Assembly: GCA_964473825.1 (NCBI GenBank)
Contig: CAYYQL010000010.1
Span: 14,692-78,691 of the forward strand
From: an uncultured archaeon
GTDB taxonomy: Archaea > Asgardarchaeota > Thorarchaeia > Thorarchaeales > Thorarchaeaceae
Length of the DNA: 64,000 nucleotides
Direction of reading: 5' to 3'
This document shows, piece after piece, positions 18,974-28,833 of the stretch. The position numbers and the translations under genes are program-made. Position 1 is the first letter of the stretch. Every line of letters begins with the position of its first letter. Under the pieces are notes generated by a model, which did no database searches, was not told the DNA's origin, and saw only the letters and a program-made list of their open reading frames with translations.

Positions 18974-19206
18974 ATCACATCCATCCTAGAGTACCGATTC
19001 ACAAGTAGCCCGAGCACATGCGGCTGAGTACCTGATGCTTGTCCTTACTTAAAAGGAAATTGGGCACCGGTTGGCTTGTTGGAGATACTTGTGGACTCTG
19101 GTGGAAGACTCGTCCTTGCCGAGTGCTATGTTTTTATGAATCAGTCGATGACATAACCATGACCACCAGCCAGCTGCCAATGTAGTGAACAAGGACAAGG
19201 GGCACC

Positions 19207-20499
19207 ATGCTCGAACGAATCCTAACGAAGAAATTCAGGGACTCGCTTAAGGCGACCTTTATGGATATCCAGCAACAGCAGGACATCCGTGATGAGAAGG
19301 AGTTCGCAAAAGACGAGGCGCGCATTAAGGAGCAGTTGTTAGACACTGTAGAGCCCTTCTCTCAAGATGTTGTCTTCGACAAGGATTTCCTTGTTGGGGC
19401 TGTGGACGGATCCGGGAGTGACGGTCTTACTCTACTTGACGATGTGAGGGTACATCTTTTCAGCACAGCCTGCGTCATCCTCAATACCGGCACCACGTCT
19501 GGTAATCTCTTCACTCCTCTTGACGGTGATGAGATAGAAGAATGCCTGGGCACTAGCCAGCCGCATCTTGAAACCTTCTGGTATACTGGGGTCAAGGACG
19601 ATGCACGGACGAAGATGGCTGAATACATCGAGTACATTTCTTCAGTTTCCGATCCGGTCAAGCTTGTCCTGCCTTTCTTTCGAGACTTCACTCGTGGTGC
19701 GATTGATTCTTGGAGCGACCTCAAGAATTCCAAGTATGCCAAGTACCTTTCTCGACTGGAGGGCATCCGGAGCCTGATATCCAGGGCGAATCTGACCAAC
19801 AGCACCGTGCATGACCAATTGCGAACTGTTTCCGAATACGCAGCTGCTCGGAAGATTCTTGACAGCCGACTGTGTCCAAAGTACCTGTTGCTCGATGGCG
19901 CCATGTCGGTCTTCATGCATTACGCCCGGAAATATCCGTCGATGCCGAGCGGGTTTTTACTCAGAGAGATGTGTGCACGGGCACGAAAAGAAGGAGTGAT
20001 TCTCTGTGCAGTGAGCAAGACCCACACGATACCCTTTGCGCACAGGATTGCTCAGATGGCCGAAGATGTATTTGGTGGAAGTAGCAAGTGGTTCTGTCAT
20101 CTTCCCGGCAGTGAAGACCCCGGAGGTGGCCTTCACATTACACAGTCGCGCACGTACATTCCCCCGATGCTAGCTGTTCCGTATCTCTTTAGCTTCTCTC
20201 GCGACAACCGTCCCTCGCGGATAGACTTCGATAGGATCTGGTGGTTAGAAAACATATTTGTTGAGAATGACCCCATAGCCACTCGAGAGAACGAGAAGTC
20301 GTTGTTCAGAGAGATAGAGTTCATGTCAAGAGATGCTAGATGGTATGGGTATCCTGTTCCCCTTGCTGTCGCTCACGAGCAGTGCAAGTTGAGTTATCAG
20401 GATGTCCGCCTGGCCAGAGAGATATGCTGGGACGTGAGGCGGGAGATGGGTATGGACGAACGGAGAATGGAACCTCCTCGAACTGATTTCAATCTGTGA
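19207..20499 (+). CDS. nurA: NurA 5'-3' nuclease
   Basis: GAVDGS, LLDG, GYPVPLAVAH motifs; first gene of the herA-mre11-rad50 run. Confidence 0.85.
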   Translation: MLERILTKKFRDSLKATFMDIQQQQDIRDEKEFAKDEARIKEQLLDTVEPFSQDVVFDKDFLVGAVDGSGSDGLTLLDDVRVHLFSTACVILNTGTTSGNLFTPLDGDEIEECLGTSQPHLETFWYTGVKDDARTKMAEYIEYISSVSDPVKLVLPFFRDFTRGAIDSWSDLKNSKYAKYLSRLEGIRSLISRANLTNSTVHDQLRTVSEYAAARKILDSRLCPKYLLLDGAMSVFMHYARKYPSMPSGFLLREMCARARKEGVILCAVSKTHTIPFAHRIAQMAEDVFGGSSKWFCHLPGSEDPGGGLHITQSRTYIPPMLAVPYLFSFSRDNRPSRIDFDRIWWLENIFVENDPIATRENEKSLFREIEFMSRDARWYGYPVPLAVAHEQCKLSYQDVRLAREICWDVRREMGMDERRMEPPRTDFNL

Positions 20500-20511
20500 G
20501 TATGATTCATA

Positions 20512-22278
20512 ATGACATTAGACAAAGAAAAACTCGGGAAGCTCTACGGGCGCGCTGGAGTCGGCGACCAGAACATGCTGGGCCTTATGGGTCGTAATCA
20601 GGACATCAGCGTTGGAGAGATTTTCATGATATACTCCGAGCGCGAGGGCCATGAACGGGTCTTCTTCTTCAGAGTATTGGGGCTTCAGAACTACTTGCGA
20701 CAGGTTGATGATATTGGTCGCGTTGCCAGTACCTTGATGGTCGAAGGTGACTCATATCTGTCGGGCATTGATAGGAACAAGCTGCTTTCAATCGATGGCA
20801 AGATGTTGGGTTATGCCGAACGAGGCCATGGCGGGGATTGGGCCTTCCGCCCTCCCAGACGCCTTCCTGATCACCTTGCAGAGGTCTATAGGCCGGTACC
20901 CGGAACCTCCGATGAGACGGTTCGTGACATGCTAACGAGCCAGACAGGCGGCGAGGTATTTGTTGGTGACTTACAGGTTGGAGAAGACACTCTGGATGTT
21001 CCTGTACACATTCCTGCTAAGTACCTGCCTATGCACGTGGGTATCTTCGGCGCCACCGGGTCGGGTAAGAGCAACTTGATGCTGGTTCTCATCAAGTCTA
21101 TCATAGATAACAATCTGGACCGACTGTCCGGAGAGTCGGCTGGACGATTCAACATCTCAGCATTCTGTATCGATCCTCATGACGAGTTCGCTCAGGGCGT
21201 CGACAAACATGGCATCCAAGACATTGTGGAATCCATGGATGCAAAGACGCGTCAGGAAGTGCTGGGCGATTTCTACTACCTGACCACACATCTTCAGGCG
21301 GCTCCCCGAGAAGTGAGGCGTTACGGGAAGGAACTGCGTATCTTGTGGGAGGAGATCAAGCCGCAGGACCTCTATTCCATTATGGACTTCACAGGACAGA
21401 TGTATGCATTCATCGATATGATATACTCACGAGCCAGGGATGATTGGATTGCAGAGATCCTCGATATGGATGAAGATCCTGATGGCACACCAAAGGGTAC
21501 TCTTCGTGCTGTCCAGAGACGTCTTCGTTTTGTTGATCGTTCTCCTCTCTTCATACGTAGCGGGAGTTCTGTATTGGGTGATATTTACGAGTCGATGGAG
21601 ACCGGTAGAATCCTTGTGGTCAACACGAGTCTGATGAGCGACATGGAGCAGTTCCTACTTACCACTGTTGTTACGCGAACGCTGTCAGACCTACGGAAGG
21701 CTCTGAAGAGCAGCGGCAATCTGGGCGATTTCGATGCACAGGCCGGAATGAGACTGCCAGGTTCCTTCTTCAAGAGAGTTCGAGAGCGGGCGCGAGCATT
21801 CTACGGTTTTGGTGGTACCAGCGACTCTGCCTCGGTTAAGGACCCACGAAGTCTTCCTGTACTCTTGGTCACGGTCGAAGAGGCCCCTTCGATACTGAAT
21901 CCTCAACTCATGCGCGGACAGTCAGTCTTCAAGGACATATCACGACAGGGAAGAAAGTTCAACATCGGGCTCCTCGTCATTAGCCAGCAGGTAAGCGTCT
22001 TGGACAATGTCATCCTGAGTCAGATGAATACAGAGATAAATCTCCGACTGGGCAATGAACGAGAAATCAAGTCATGCATCGAGAATGCCAGTGTCAATAT
22101 ATCTGGATTTCAGAATGAGTTCAGGGTCATGTCTCGGGGGGAGGCTCTAGTGACGGCATCGTATCGCGAGTTACCCCTCCCAGTTAAGATTCCACTATTT
22201 GATGATTTGTTTGAGGAGGACAAGCCACGTTACAAGGGCAAGGTGTCCAGTACAGCTGCTGAGAAACACGTCTTATGA
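20512..22278 (+). CDS. herA: HerA helicase/ATPase
   Basis: HAS-barrel N-terminus, HVGIFGATGSGKS, IDPHDEF, VEEAP, RQGRKF, ISQ. Confidence 0.9.
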   Translation: MTLDKEKLGKLYGRAGVGDQNMLGLMGRNQDISVGEIFMIYSEREGHERVFFFRVLGLQNYLRQVDDIGRVASTLMVEGDSYLSGIDRNKLLSIDGKMLGYAERGHGGDWAFRPPRRLPDHLAEVYRPVPGTSDETVRDMLTSQTGGEVFVGDLQVGEDTLDVPVHIPAKYLPMHVGIFGATGSGKSNLMLVLIKSIIDNNLDRLSGESAGRFNISAFCIDPHDEFAQGVDKHGIQDIVESMDAKTRQEVLGDFYYLTTHLQAAPREVRRYGKELRILWEEIKPQDLYSIMDFTGQMYAFIDMIYSRARDDWIAEILDMDEDPDGTPKGTLRAVQRRLRFVDRSPLFIRSGSSVLGDIYESMETGRILVVNTSLMSDMEQFLLTTVVTRTLSDLRKALKSSGNLGDFDAQAGMRLPGSFFKRVRERARAFYGFGGTSDSASVKDPRSLPVLLVTVEEAPSILNPQLMRGQSVFKDISRQGRKFNIGLLVISQQVSVLDNVILSQMNTEINLRLGNEREIKSCIENASVNISGFQNEFRVMSRGEALVTASYRELPLPVKIPLFDDLFEEDKPRYKGKVSSTAAEKHVL

Positions 22279-22286
22279 GATGATGA

Positions 22287-23600
22287 ATGATGTCTGCTAG
22301 AATCGCACATCTATCGGATACGCATCTTGGGGCAAGACCCCGGGAGGGTATCAAGCAGAACGTGTGGGCTGTGGAGCTGAGGGTTCGCCTCTTGGAAGAC
22401 GACTTCTACCAGCGGTTTCAGGAGGTCTTCGATAGGATTGCAGCTCTTGACCCACCTGTCGACCTGGTGGTTCACTCTGGAGACCTCTATGACTCTCCTT
22501 GGGAGGGCAATCCCTCTCAGCCCCCTGTGGTTGCCCAAGAGACCGCCCTCACAGTACTGAAGGGTTTCATAGAGACGACGGGCATTCCTGTGCTGATTAT
22601 TGAGGGAAATCACGGGCTCTATCGTACTCTGGATGTTTCTCTCTTGGACTCTCTGAACATATCGATTGAGAAGATGAATGTAGCCACCCAAGTAGACCTC
22701 AAGCGGGCTCTTTCTGCAGGGAAGCCGCTCAAGTTCTCGTATGATAAACTCGATGTATTCTGTTTCCCATTCATAGAACAGTCTGTTCTCGAATCAGCAA
22801 ATCTGGTCGCCGATTTCAATGATTGGATCACAACGTATCAGAAGCCTGACAGCAAACGGCCGTCTGTGGCGGTGGCTCACGGAATGGATCTAGATCAGAG
22901 CCTGTTTGGTGGGATATTCAGTATGAACTATGACTATATCGCTCTGGGCCACGATCATCACCTACACAAGCATTCAGATAAGGCGTGGTATGCTGGTTCA
23001 CCAGAGCGATGGCGATTCGATGAGGTCCGTCATGAGAAGGGCTTCCTAGAGGTCGATATTGAGCACGGAAAGACGCCCGAGGTCACCAAGCACATTCTCG
23101 AGTATACCCGACCTGTGTTGAACAAGGTGATAGAGATCGAGGTTGACGATACGGTCCAGAGCGTCTTGGCAAAGATACAGGACCTCTTCGCAGAGGAGAG
23201 TCTGCGAGCGGATTGGAACCCGAGTACTGCTGCACGAGTGAGGCTTGTCTTCAGTGGGGACTCGCCACGATTCAGCGGACTTGACCTAACAGTGGCCATG
23301 GAGGGAATGAGGGTTGATGTCTTATCTCCTGACTCCGATTACAACATCTCTCAGCTCGTATGGTCGATTAAGCAGAGGGACCTCATTCATGATCCTGCGG
23401 CCTATCCCGAGATTGAGTCCGAATATCTCATCGAGGACCCCCAGAAAGACTTTCAGTCCTATCTGGACACCCTGAAGATTGGCGAGGAGTATGACTCTGA
23501 CCTTCTGACAAAGGTGGCTGTGAGGGCACTTGAGTTTGCAGTGGGACGGGATGAGGGTAATTTCACGATTGATACACTCTCGAAGGAGGGCTCTGACTGA
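22287..23600 (+). CDS. mre11: Mre11/SbcD nuclease
   Basis: HLSDTHLG, HSGDLYD, GNH, AHG, YIALGHDH, YAGSPE. Confidence 0.9.
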   Translation: MMSARIAHLSDTHLGARPREGIKQNVWAVELRVRLLEDDFYQRFQEVFDRIAALDPPVDLVVHSGDLYDSPWEGNPSQPPVVAQETALTVLKGFIETTGIPVLIIEGNHGLYRTLDVSLLDSLNISIEKMNVATQVDLKRALSAGKPLKFSYDKLDVFCFPFIEQSVLESANLVADFNDWITTYQKPDSKRPSVAVAHGMDLDQSLFGGIFSMNYDYIALGHDHHLHKHSDKAWYAGSPERWRFDEVRHEKGFLEVDIEHGKTPEVTKHILEYTRPVLNKVIEIEVDDTVQSVLAKIQDLFAEESLRADWNPSTAARVRLVFSGDSPRFSGLDLTVAMEGMRVDVLSPDSDYNISQLVWSIKQRDLIHDPAAYPEIESEYLIEDPQKDFQSYLDTLKIGEEYDSDLLTKVAVRALEFAVGRDEGNFTIDTLSKEGSD

Positions 23601-25684
23601 AGATTCTGCGAGTATCCCTGAAGAACTTCAAACCTTTCCGTGACTTGGAGCTCCCTCCGCAGGGCGACTTACCAGACGGTCTGATTCTCGTTCGGGGACC
23701 GAATTCTACAGGCAAATCGTCTCTCTTTGAGGGGATACTCTGGGGTCTCTGGGGACCAAATGCAGTTGACCCCACAAATGAAGAACTCATCAGTTTCGCA
23801 TCTTCATTCTGCAATGCTGTCGTTGTCTTCGAAGTCGATGGGATACGATACAAGATTGACCGTTCATATGACCCCGCACAGGGCACATCTGCAGTACTCT
23901 ATGTGGGGAAGAAGGATCTATGGAAGAAGATTGCGGACAAGGCCACATCGGTTGAAAGAAGCCTAGAAGACATTCTCAACTTGCAGCTGAATCAGGCACT
24001 GAATACACTCCTTGTCAGACAAGGGGAGGTCGCAAAGATTGCCACTGCGTCCGCATCAGACTTGAGAGAGCTTCTTGTCAAGGTGTACAATATCGAGCTT
24101 CTCGATCAGATGTCCAAGCATCTTGACTACTTCGAGAATGACCTCTCAGCACGGATTCGCAGTCTGCAAGATGACTATCAGAAACCCGACCGGATTCTTG
24201 AGAAGATAGAGGGACTCAAGGAGAGGCTTGAAGAGCACAAGGAAAGGATGAAGGAAACTGAGGAATCTATGGAAGAGCTCGGGAAGCTGGTGGAGAGGGC
24301 TCCAGACGAAGAGATTCTCTCTGATATAGAGAACCTGTCGAAGACTGTAGAGCAGCACCGACGTGACTATGATCGTGCTCTCAGAGAGATGGAACGGGAG
24401 TTCGATGGGACTGGCCTGTCGAGTACCGATGAAGATGAGATCGAGGGGAGAATCGAGTACTTGGAGTTGGAGCGAGACCGTCTGAAGGAGTTGAGGGACA
24501 CCCTTGAGTCTGATATGTCTGCTATCAACCAGAAGATTGGTAGTATCCAAGGAATGATTGCAGATCTTAAGGAGAAGATTGCTCTCTTGAAGCGCCCCTC
24601 AGCTTCTGGTGATGACTCCGTATGTCCCACATGCTCAAAACCTCTCACTTCGGAAGAGCGCGACTCCCTGCTGGATGAATACAACACCCGAATCGCGAGC
24701 GGAACAGCTGATATTGAGCGTCTGAAGATCCAAAGGGACGAGAAACAGAAACGCATGAAAAAGTCTGATGATCGATTGGCAAAGGTCATTCGAACACTGG
24801 ATACTATCGAACGGATTACTGACAGAAAGGCGCAGGTTGACTCCACCAAGTTCAAGCTCGAAGAACAAGAGATGAAGCTGAAAGAAACGATAAGCGGGTT
24901 AGAGGTCGAAGATTTGGACTTACTGATAGAATCCTTTGATGCGGATGACCTCTCTGACTTGAAGCGGAAGGTAGCAGTTCTGAGAACAAAAATCGATTCT
25001 CTTGTGCGGGAACAGAATCTGATTCAAGGTAACCTGCAGAAAGACACAGAAGAGATTGCTAATCTGGAACAAGAAGTCACCCGAATGAGGGAACTTGGCG
25101 CCCAGATCGAGTCATATCAGATGCTCGAAGAACATGCCAAGTATGTTCGACGAAAACTGGTCAGAGGGTTTGTTTCGGACTGGGTCTTCCAGAAGCGCCT
25201 CATTGGTATCATCCGCACGGCCACCAATCAATATGTCCGCGCCTTCACGAACAACCAATATTCCTCAGTGGACCTTGAGCCTACACCTGCAAGGGGCCGT
25301 TCCGGTGCCGGCCTGCAACTCCTGATTCGGGATGAACGTGACAATGCCACCAAGAAGACCTCTCAGCTCAGTTTCGGCGACAGGACCGCCATAAGTCTAG
25401 GGCTTCGTCTGGGTATCAGTCGTACCATGAGTGGTATCCGCCCGCTGAAGGACACACCAATGACAGCTCCACGAGTACGGTCTGTGCTTCTGGATGAACC
25501 TCTCGGCGGCCTGGATCGGAATCGAAGGCTATCTGTTGTCAGGACCCTTGTGAATGACCAGAGTTTCGAACAGATATTCCTGATCACACACACTGACGTA
25601 CAGGGATGGGAGGGAGTCCCAGTGATTGATATTGCCAAGAGCGGCGCTTCCAGTACTGCTACTCTGCAGATGAGCCCTGAGTGA
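23597..25684 (+). CDS. rad50: Rad50/SbcC ATPase (probable CTG start at 23597)
   Basis: KILRVSLKNFKPF upstream of the listed ORF, GPNSTGKSS, VRQGE, coiled coil with CPTC hook, LSFGD, LLDEP, LITH. Confidence 0.9.
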   Translation: MKILRVSLKNFKPFRDLELPPQGDLPDGLILVRGPNSTGKSSLFEGILWGLWGPNAVDPTNEELISFASSFCNAVVVFEVDGIRYKIDRSYDPAQGTSAVLYVGKKDLWKKIADKATSVERSLEDILNLQLNQALNTLLVRQGEVAKIATASASDLRELLVKVYNIELLDQMSKHLDYFENDLSARIRSLQDDYQKPDRILEKIEGLKERLEEHKERMKETEESMEELGKLVERAPDEEILSDIENLSKTVEQHRRDYDRALREMEREFDGTGLSSTDEDEIEGRIEYLELERDRLKELRDTLESDMSAINQKIGSIQGMIADLKEKIALLKRPSASGDDSVCPTCSKPLTSEERDSLLDEYNTRIASGTADIERLKIQRDEKQKRMKKSDDRLAKVIRTLDTIERITDRKAQVDSTKFKLEEQEMKLKETISGLEVEDLDLLIESFDADDLSDLKRKVAVLRTKIDSLVREQNLIQGNLQKDTEEIANLEQEVTRMRELGAQIESYQMLEEHAKYVRRKLVRGFVSDWVFQKRLIGIIRTATNQYVRAFTNNQYSSVDLEPTPARGRSGAGLQLLIRDERDNATKKTSQLSFGDRTAISLGLRLGISRTMSGIRPLKDTPMTAPRVRSVLLDEPLGGLDRNRRLSVVRTLVNDQSFEQIFLITHTDVQGWEGVPVIDIAKSGASSTATLQMSPE

Positions 25685-25712
25685 GTCTTCCGGATTGAAG
25701 ACAAGTATATGA

Positions 25713-27347
25713 GTGACTTCTACATCCTGCCACCCTATGGACTCTCGTCGCATCGGCAAGCGATTCCTTCGCTTCGTCTTCGAGTACTGGATACTTGCAG
25801 TTGTGCTGATCATCGCGGCCTTCGTTTGGTCCATGGTGTTTGATGCTGCAGTAGCTGACTACTTCAGTACGAACAACTGGAATACAAGGGCTGTATGGAG
25901 AGGCGACGGAGTGTATGAGATATTTGGCTATACTGTTCAGTATCAACTCGAGGGTTACAGCGACTACTCATTCTTTTACGTTCATTGGGGTCACAATATG
26001 CTGAAAGGCGTGATGCCGTACTGCGATGAATTCGGACATCTTCTTCGTGACGGTATTCTCAACAAGAATGGTCTTTACATATTTCCGCCTTTCACTGCTT
26101 ATCTGTACGGCCTGGGAACAGCTCTTCCCTTTGGAGACCTCGGTATCGCCTATCTCATCGTATCTCTTGGATACCTGACAGTGTTTCCGGTATATGGCCT
26201 AGCAAGAGAGTTCTCTGGGAATCGGCACGTTGGTGAGATTGCAGCCCTGACTTACTTGCTTAACCCGATGATTCTGTATCATATAGTATTCTCTTGGTTC
26301 AATCCTGCACCCTTCATCTTTTTCTTTATGAGTGGCTTCTACTTCTTGGTCCGTGGCAAACGGCACCTTGGAACACTCTCGATTGTAGTAGCCGCGTTGT
26401 TTAAGCAGACCGCGTGGTTCTTGGGAATTCCTCTTGTGGTCTATCTACTTCTCAGAGCGAGACCTGTTGTGTCTGAAACCTCCTCTGACACAGACACGGA
26501 AAGTCGTAAGATTGGTGATCTTCTGGTCAACGGCTTTCGAAAGGCTGTGAGCTATGTGGATCCCCGAGGATTTGCAATGAGCACAATCATGGTTCTTTCC
26601 TTTGTTCTCGCCGCGATGTTTCCGTTCTTGTTGGCACAGGAACACACACTACTCTTCATGAGCTTGGCTGCTGGAGGGTATCCCCTCGATTCTTTCACTG
26701 AAGTACCTAGTTACACCAGTCCGATGCGTCTGCAGGTCCTCCCGGTTGTTGCTGGATTGCCGGAGGTCGCTCAAATCATGGATATGCTTGTGTACAACAA
26801 GTTCCTGTTATTAATTGGCACAGTTGTCTTTGCCGGTGTTATGCTTATGGAACCCAAGAGGTATGGTGACGAAAGACGATTCTTAAGACGGCTGCTGTAT
26901 TTTGCAATGCTGTTGATGCTCTGGGTGAATCTAACTGGTCCTCGCGGTGTATACAAATACTACTTCACCCTGTTTGCACCCTTCTTTTCGATATTCTCAT
27001 CGCGACGGATGATAGAGAGCGATAGCTCGGGAACGGGCCCATCTCTCTCAATGCTGGTGTTGCCCTTTCTGCTGACTGCTGCAATTCTTCTTCCGAGTCG
27101 GACTGTTTATCTCTTCGCCGTTTTTCTTATATTCGTGGGGTTTGTGTTGTCAGAGCAGGTCGGTCGGTTTTGTAGGATTGTGACAGTGCCAGTCCGTTAC
27201 TTGTCCGGCGTCATCAGCAATCATACTCAACACAGATTTCAGTTCTTGCGGAGCAGATGGCGAGGTTTTGTGAAATGGTTATATCACAATGACTCGGTAG
27301 CAAATGGCAGGACCCCACAGAATGCGCCGAAAGAGATGGCTGTCTAG
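25713..27347 (+). CDS. GT-C glycosyltransferase (GT87/PIG-M-like), paralog 1
   Basis: Multi-pass membrane protein; EGYSDY loop after TM1, IFPP, YLLNP, FKQ, RGVYKYY. Confidence 0.7.
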   Translation: MTSTSCHPMDSRRIGKRFLRFVFEYWILAVVLIIAAFVWSMVFDAAVADYFSTNNWNTRAVWRGDGVYEIFGYTVQYQLEGYSDYSFFYVHWGHNMLKGVMPYCDEFGHLLRDGILNKNGLYIFPPFTAYLYGLGTALPFGDLGIAYLIVSLGYLTVFPVYGLAREFSGNRHVGEIAALTYLLNPMILYHIVFSWFNPAPFIFFFMSGFYFLVRGKRHLGTLSIVVAALFKQTAWFLGIPLVVYLLLRARPVVSETSSDTDTESRKIGDLLVNGFRKAVSYVDPRGFAMSTIMVLSFVLAAMFPFLLAQEHTLLFMSLAAGGYPLDSFTEVPSYTSPMRLQVLPVVAGLPEVAQIMDMLVYNKFLLLIGTVVFAGVMLMEPKRYGDERRFLRRLLYFAMLLMLWVNLTGPRGVYKYYFTLFAPFFSIFSSRRMIESDSSGTGPSLSMLVLPFLLTAAILLPSRTVYLFAVFLIFVGFVLSEQVGRFCRIVTVPVRYLSGVISNHTQHRFQFLRSRWRGFVKWLYHNDSVANGRTPQNAPKEMAV

Positions 27348-27357
27348 AAAAGGGTAG

Positions 27358-28833
27358 ATGGGAAGAATGGAGCTGGTCCAGAAAGCAAGAGAACGACTGC
27401 GGGAGTACTGGTTACTCCTCTTTGTTCTCGTCGTGGGATGTATAGTCTGGTGGATCGTCTTCGACAGTGCATGCTCCACCTTTGGAGGTATCCGCCCCTA
27501 TCAGGCTGTTTGGAATGGTGCCGGAGAGTTTCCGATCTTCGGTTATACAATCAAGTACAATTTTGAGGGATGGGCGGACTATGACTACTACTACATTAGC
27601 TGGGCCGATCAGTTCCTCGATGGTTATCTTCCCTATACGGATGCTTTCAACCACCCGATTATAGATGGCACGGAGTATCACACTCCCTACTTCTTTCCTC
27701 CGCTCTATGTCTACCTCTGCGCGTTCGGAAGGTTGCTTCCCGTTCAACCCTGCGGTATTGGGCTGGTCATCACAGTCTTTGGCTTCCTGACAGCGTTTCC
27801 TATATACGGTATTGCTGAGTATCTATCCTCGAATCGCCGGGTGGCGGCCATATCAGTTGCCACCTACTTGTTGAACCCGCTCACGCTTTACTATGTTGCA
27901 TTCGAGTGGCTGAACCCTGCTCCCTTTGTCTTCTTCTCCCTGCTCGGTTTCTTCCTGTTGATGCGAAAGAAACGGATTCCGGGGGTCTTGGCCATTGTCA
28001 TGGCCGCTCTCTTGAAGCAGACTGCTTTTTTCTTCGGGCTTCCTCTGGTCGCCTATATCTTGAAGCGTGCTCCAGAAGAATCACCCCTACAGGACGAGAC
28101 GTATGACGGGCGACCTCCAGGTGATGAACTGGATCTTGTGGGGTTTGGGAAGATAGCGCTTATGGTGATTGTCTTTGTCGGAGCAGTCTCTCTTCCTTAT
28201 CTCCCGGATATCGGCAACTACTTTGAGTACATCTTCCAGCGTGCCGGAGCTACTCTCCTCCAAGACCTCACAGTCGTGCCGGCAAGTAACAGTCCAATCA
28301 CACTGGCCGTTCCTTTCATAGCCCTAGAATTTCCTCCGTGGTTCATCCAGGGCATCAATCTGGTATCTTACTACTCGGTAGGTCTTGTGGCTGGTGTGAT
28401 TCCTCTTCTCGCCTTGATGATGTTGAAAGAGAAGGATGACAGAACCCTAAGAGAATACTGGAGAACCATCTTCTATCTGACGCTCTTGCTGGTTCTATGG
28501 TTGCATATCTGGTCTCCCAGAGGTATCTACAAGTACTACACTGTGGCAATACTTCCATTCATCACTATACTGTCCTCCTCACGTATGTGCTCAGCGCGAA
28601 CGGAGCCTGTTTCAATATCCCCCAGTATGGTGATCTTACCAATTGGTTGGAGTTTCTTAATTGTCCTCGCTGACCGTAACATCTACATCATCTATTTGGT
28701 CCTTACACTACTGCTCTATCTTCTGTATAGAGTGGGAATTGGAAGGATCGTTTCCCGCTTACGAAGTGTGTTCTCACAACGGGTCATGTTGGTGCGTAGA
28801 GGGCTTGAAAGGCAGTCGGCTCTAGGTGGTTAG
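27358..28833 (+). CDS. GT-C glycosyltransferase (GT87/PIG-M-like), paralog 2
   Basis: EGWADY, YFFPPL, YLLNP, LKQ, RGIYKYY; colinear with paralog 1. Confidence 0.7.
   Translation: MGRMELVQKARERLREYWLLLFVLVVGCIVWWIVFDSACSTFGGIRPYQAVWNGAGEFPIFGYTIKYNFEGWADYDYYYISWADQFLDGYLPYTDAFNHPIIDGTEYHTPYFFPPLYVYLCAFGRLLPVQPCGIGLVITVFGFLTAFPIYGIAEYLSSNRRVAAISVATYLLNPLTLYYVAFEWLNPAPFVFFSLLGFFLLMRKKRIPGVLAIVMAALLKQTAFFFGLPLVAYILKRAPEESPLQDETYDGRPPGDELDLVGFGKIALMVIVFVGAVSLPYLPDIGNYFEYIFQRAGATLLQDLTVVPASNSPITLAVPFIALEFPPWFIQGINLVSYYSVGLVAGVIPLLALMMLKEKDDRTLREYWRTIFYLTLLLVLWLHIWSPRGIYKYYTVAILPFITILSSSRMCSARTEPVSISPSMVILPIGWSFLIVLADRNIYIIYLVLTLLLYLLYRVGIGRIVSRLRSVFSQRVMLVRRGLERQSALGG

Noticed and set aside
19207-22278. 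HerA as an anti-phage (Sir2-HerA-type) system
   Set aside because: Partners are NurA, Mre11 and Rad50, the known repair set.
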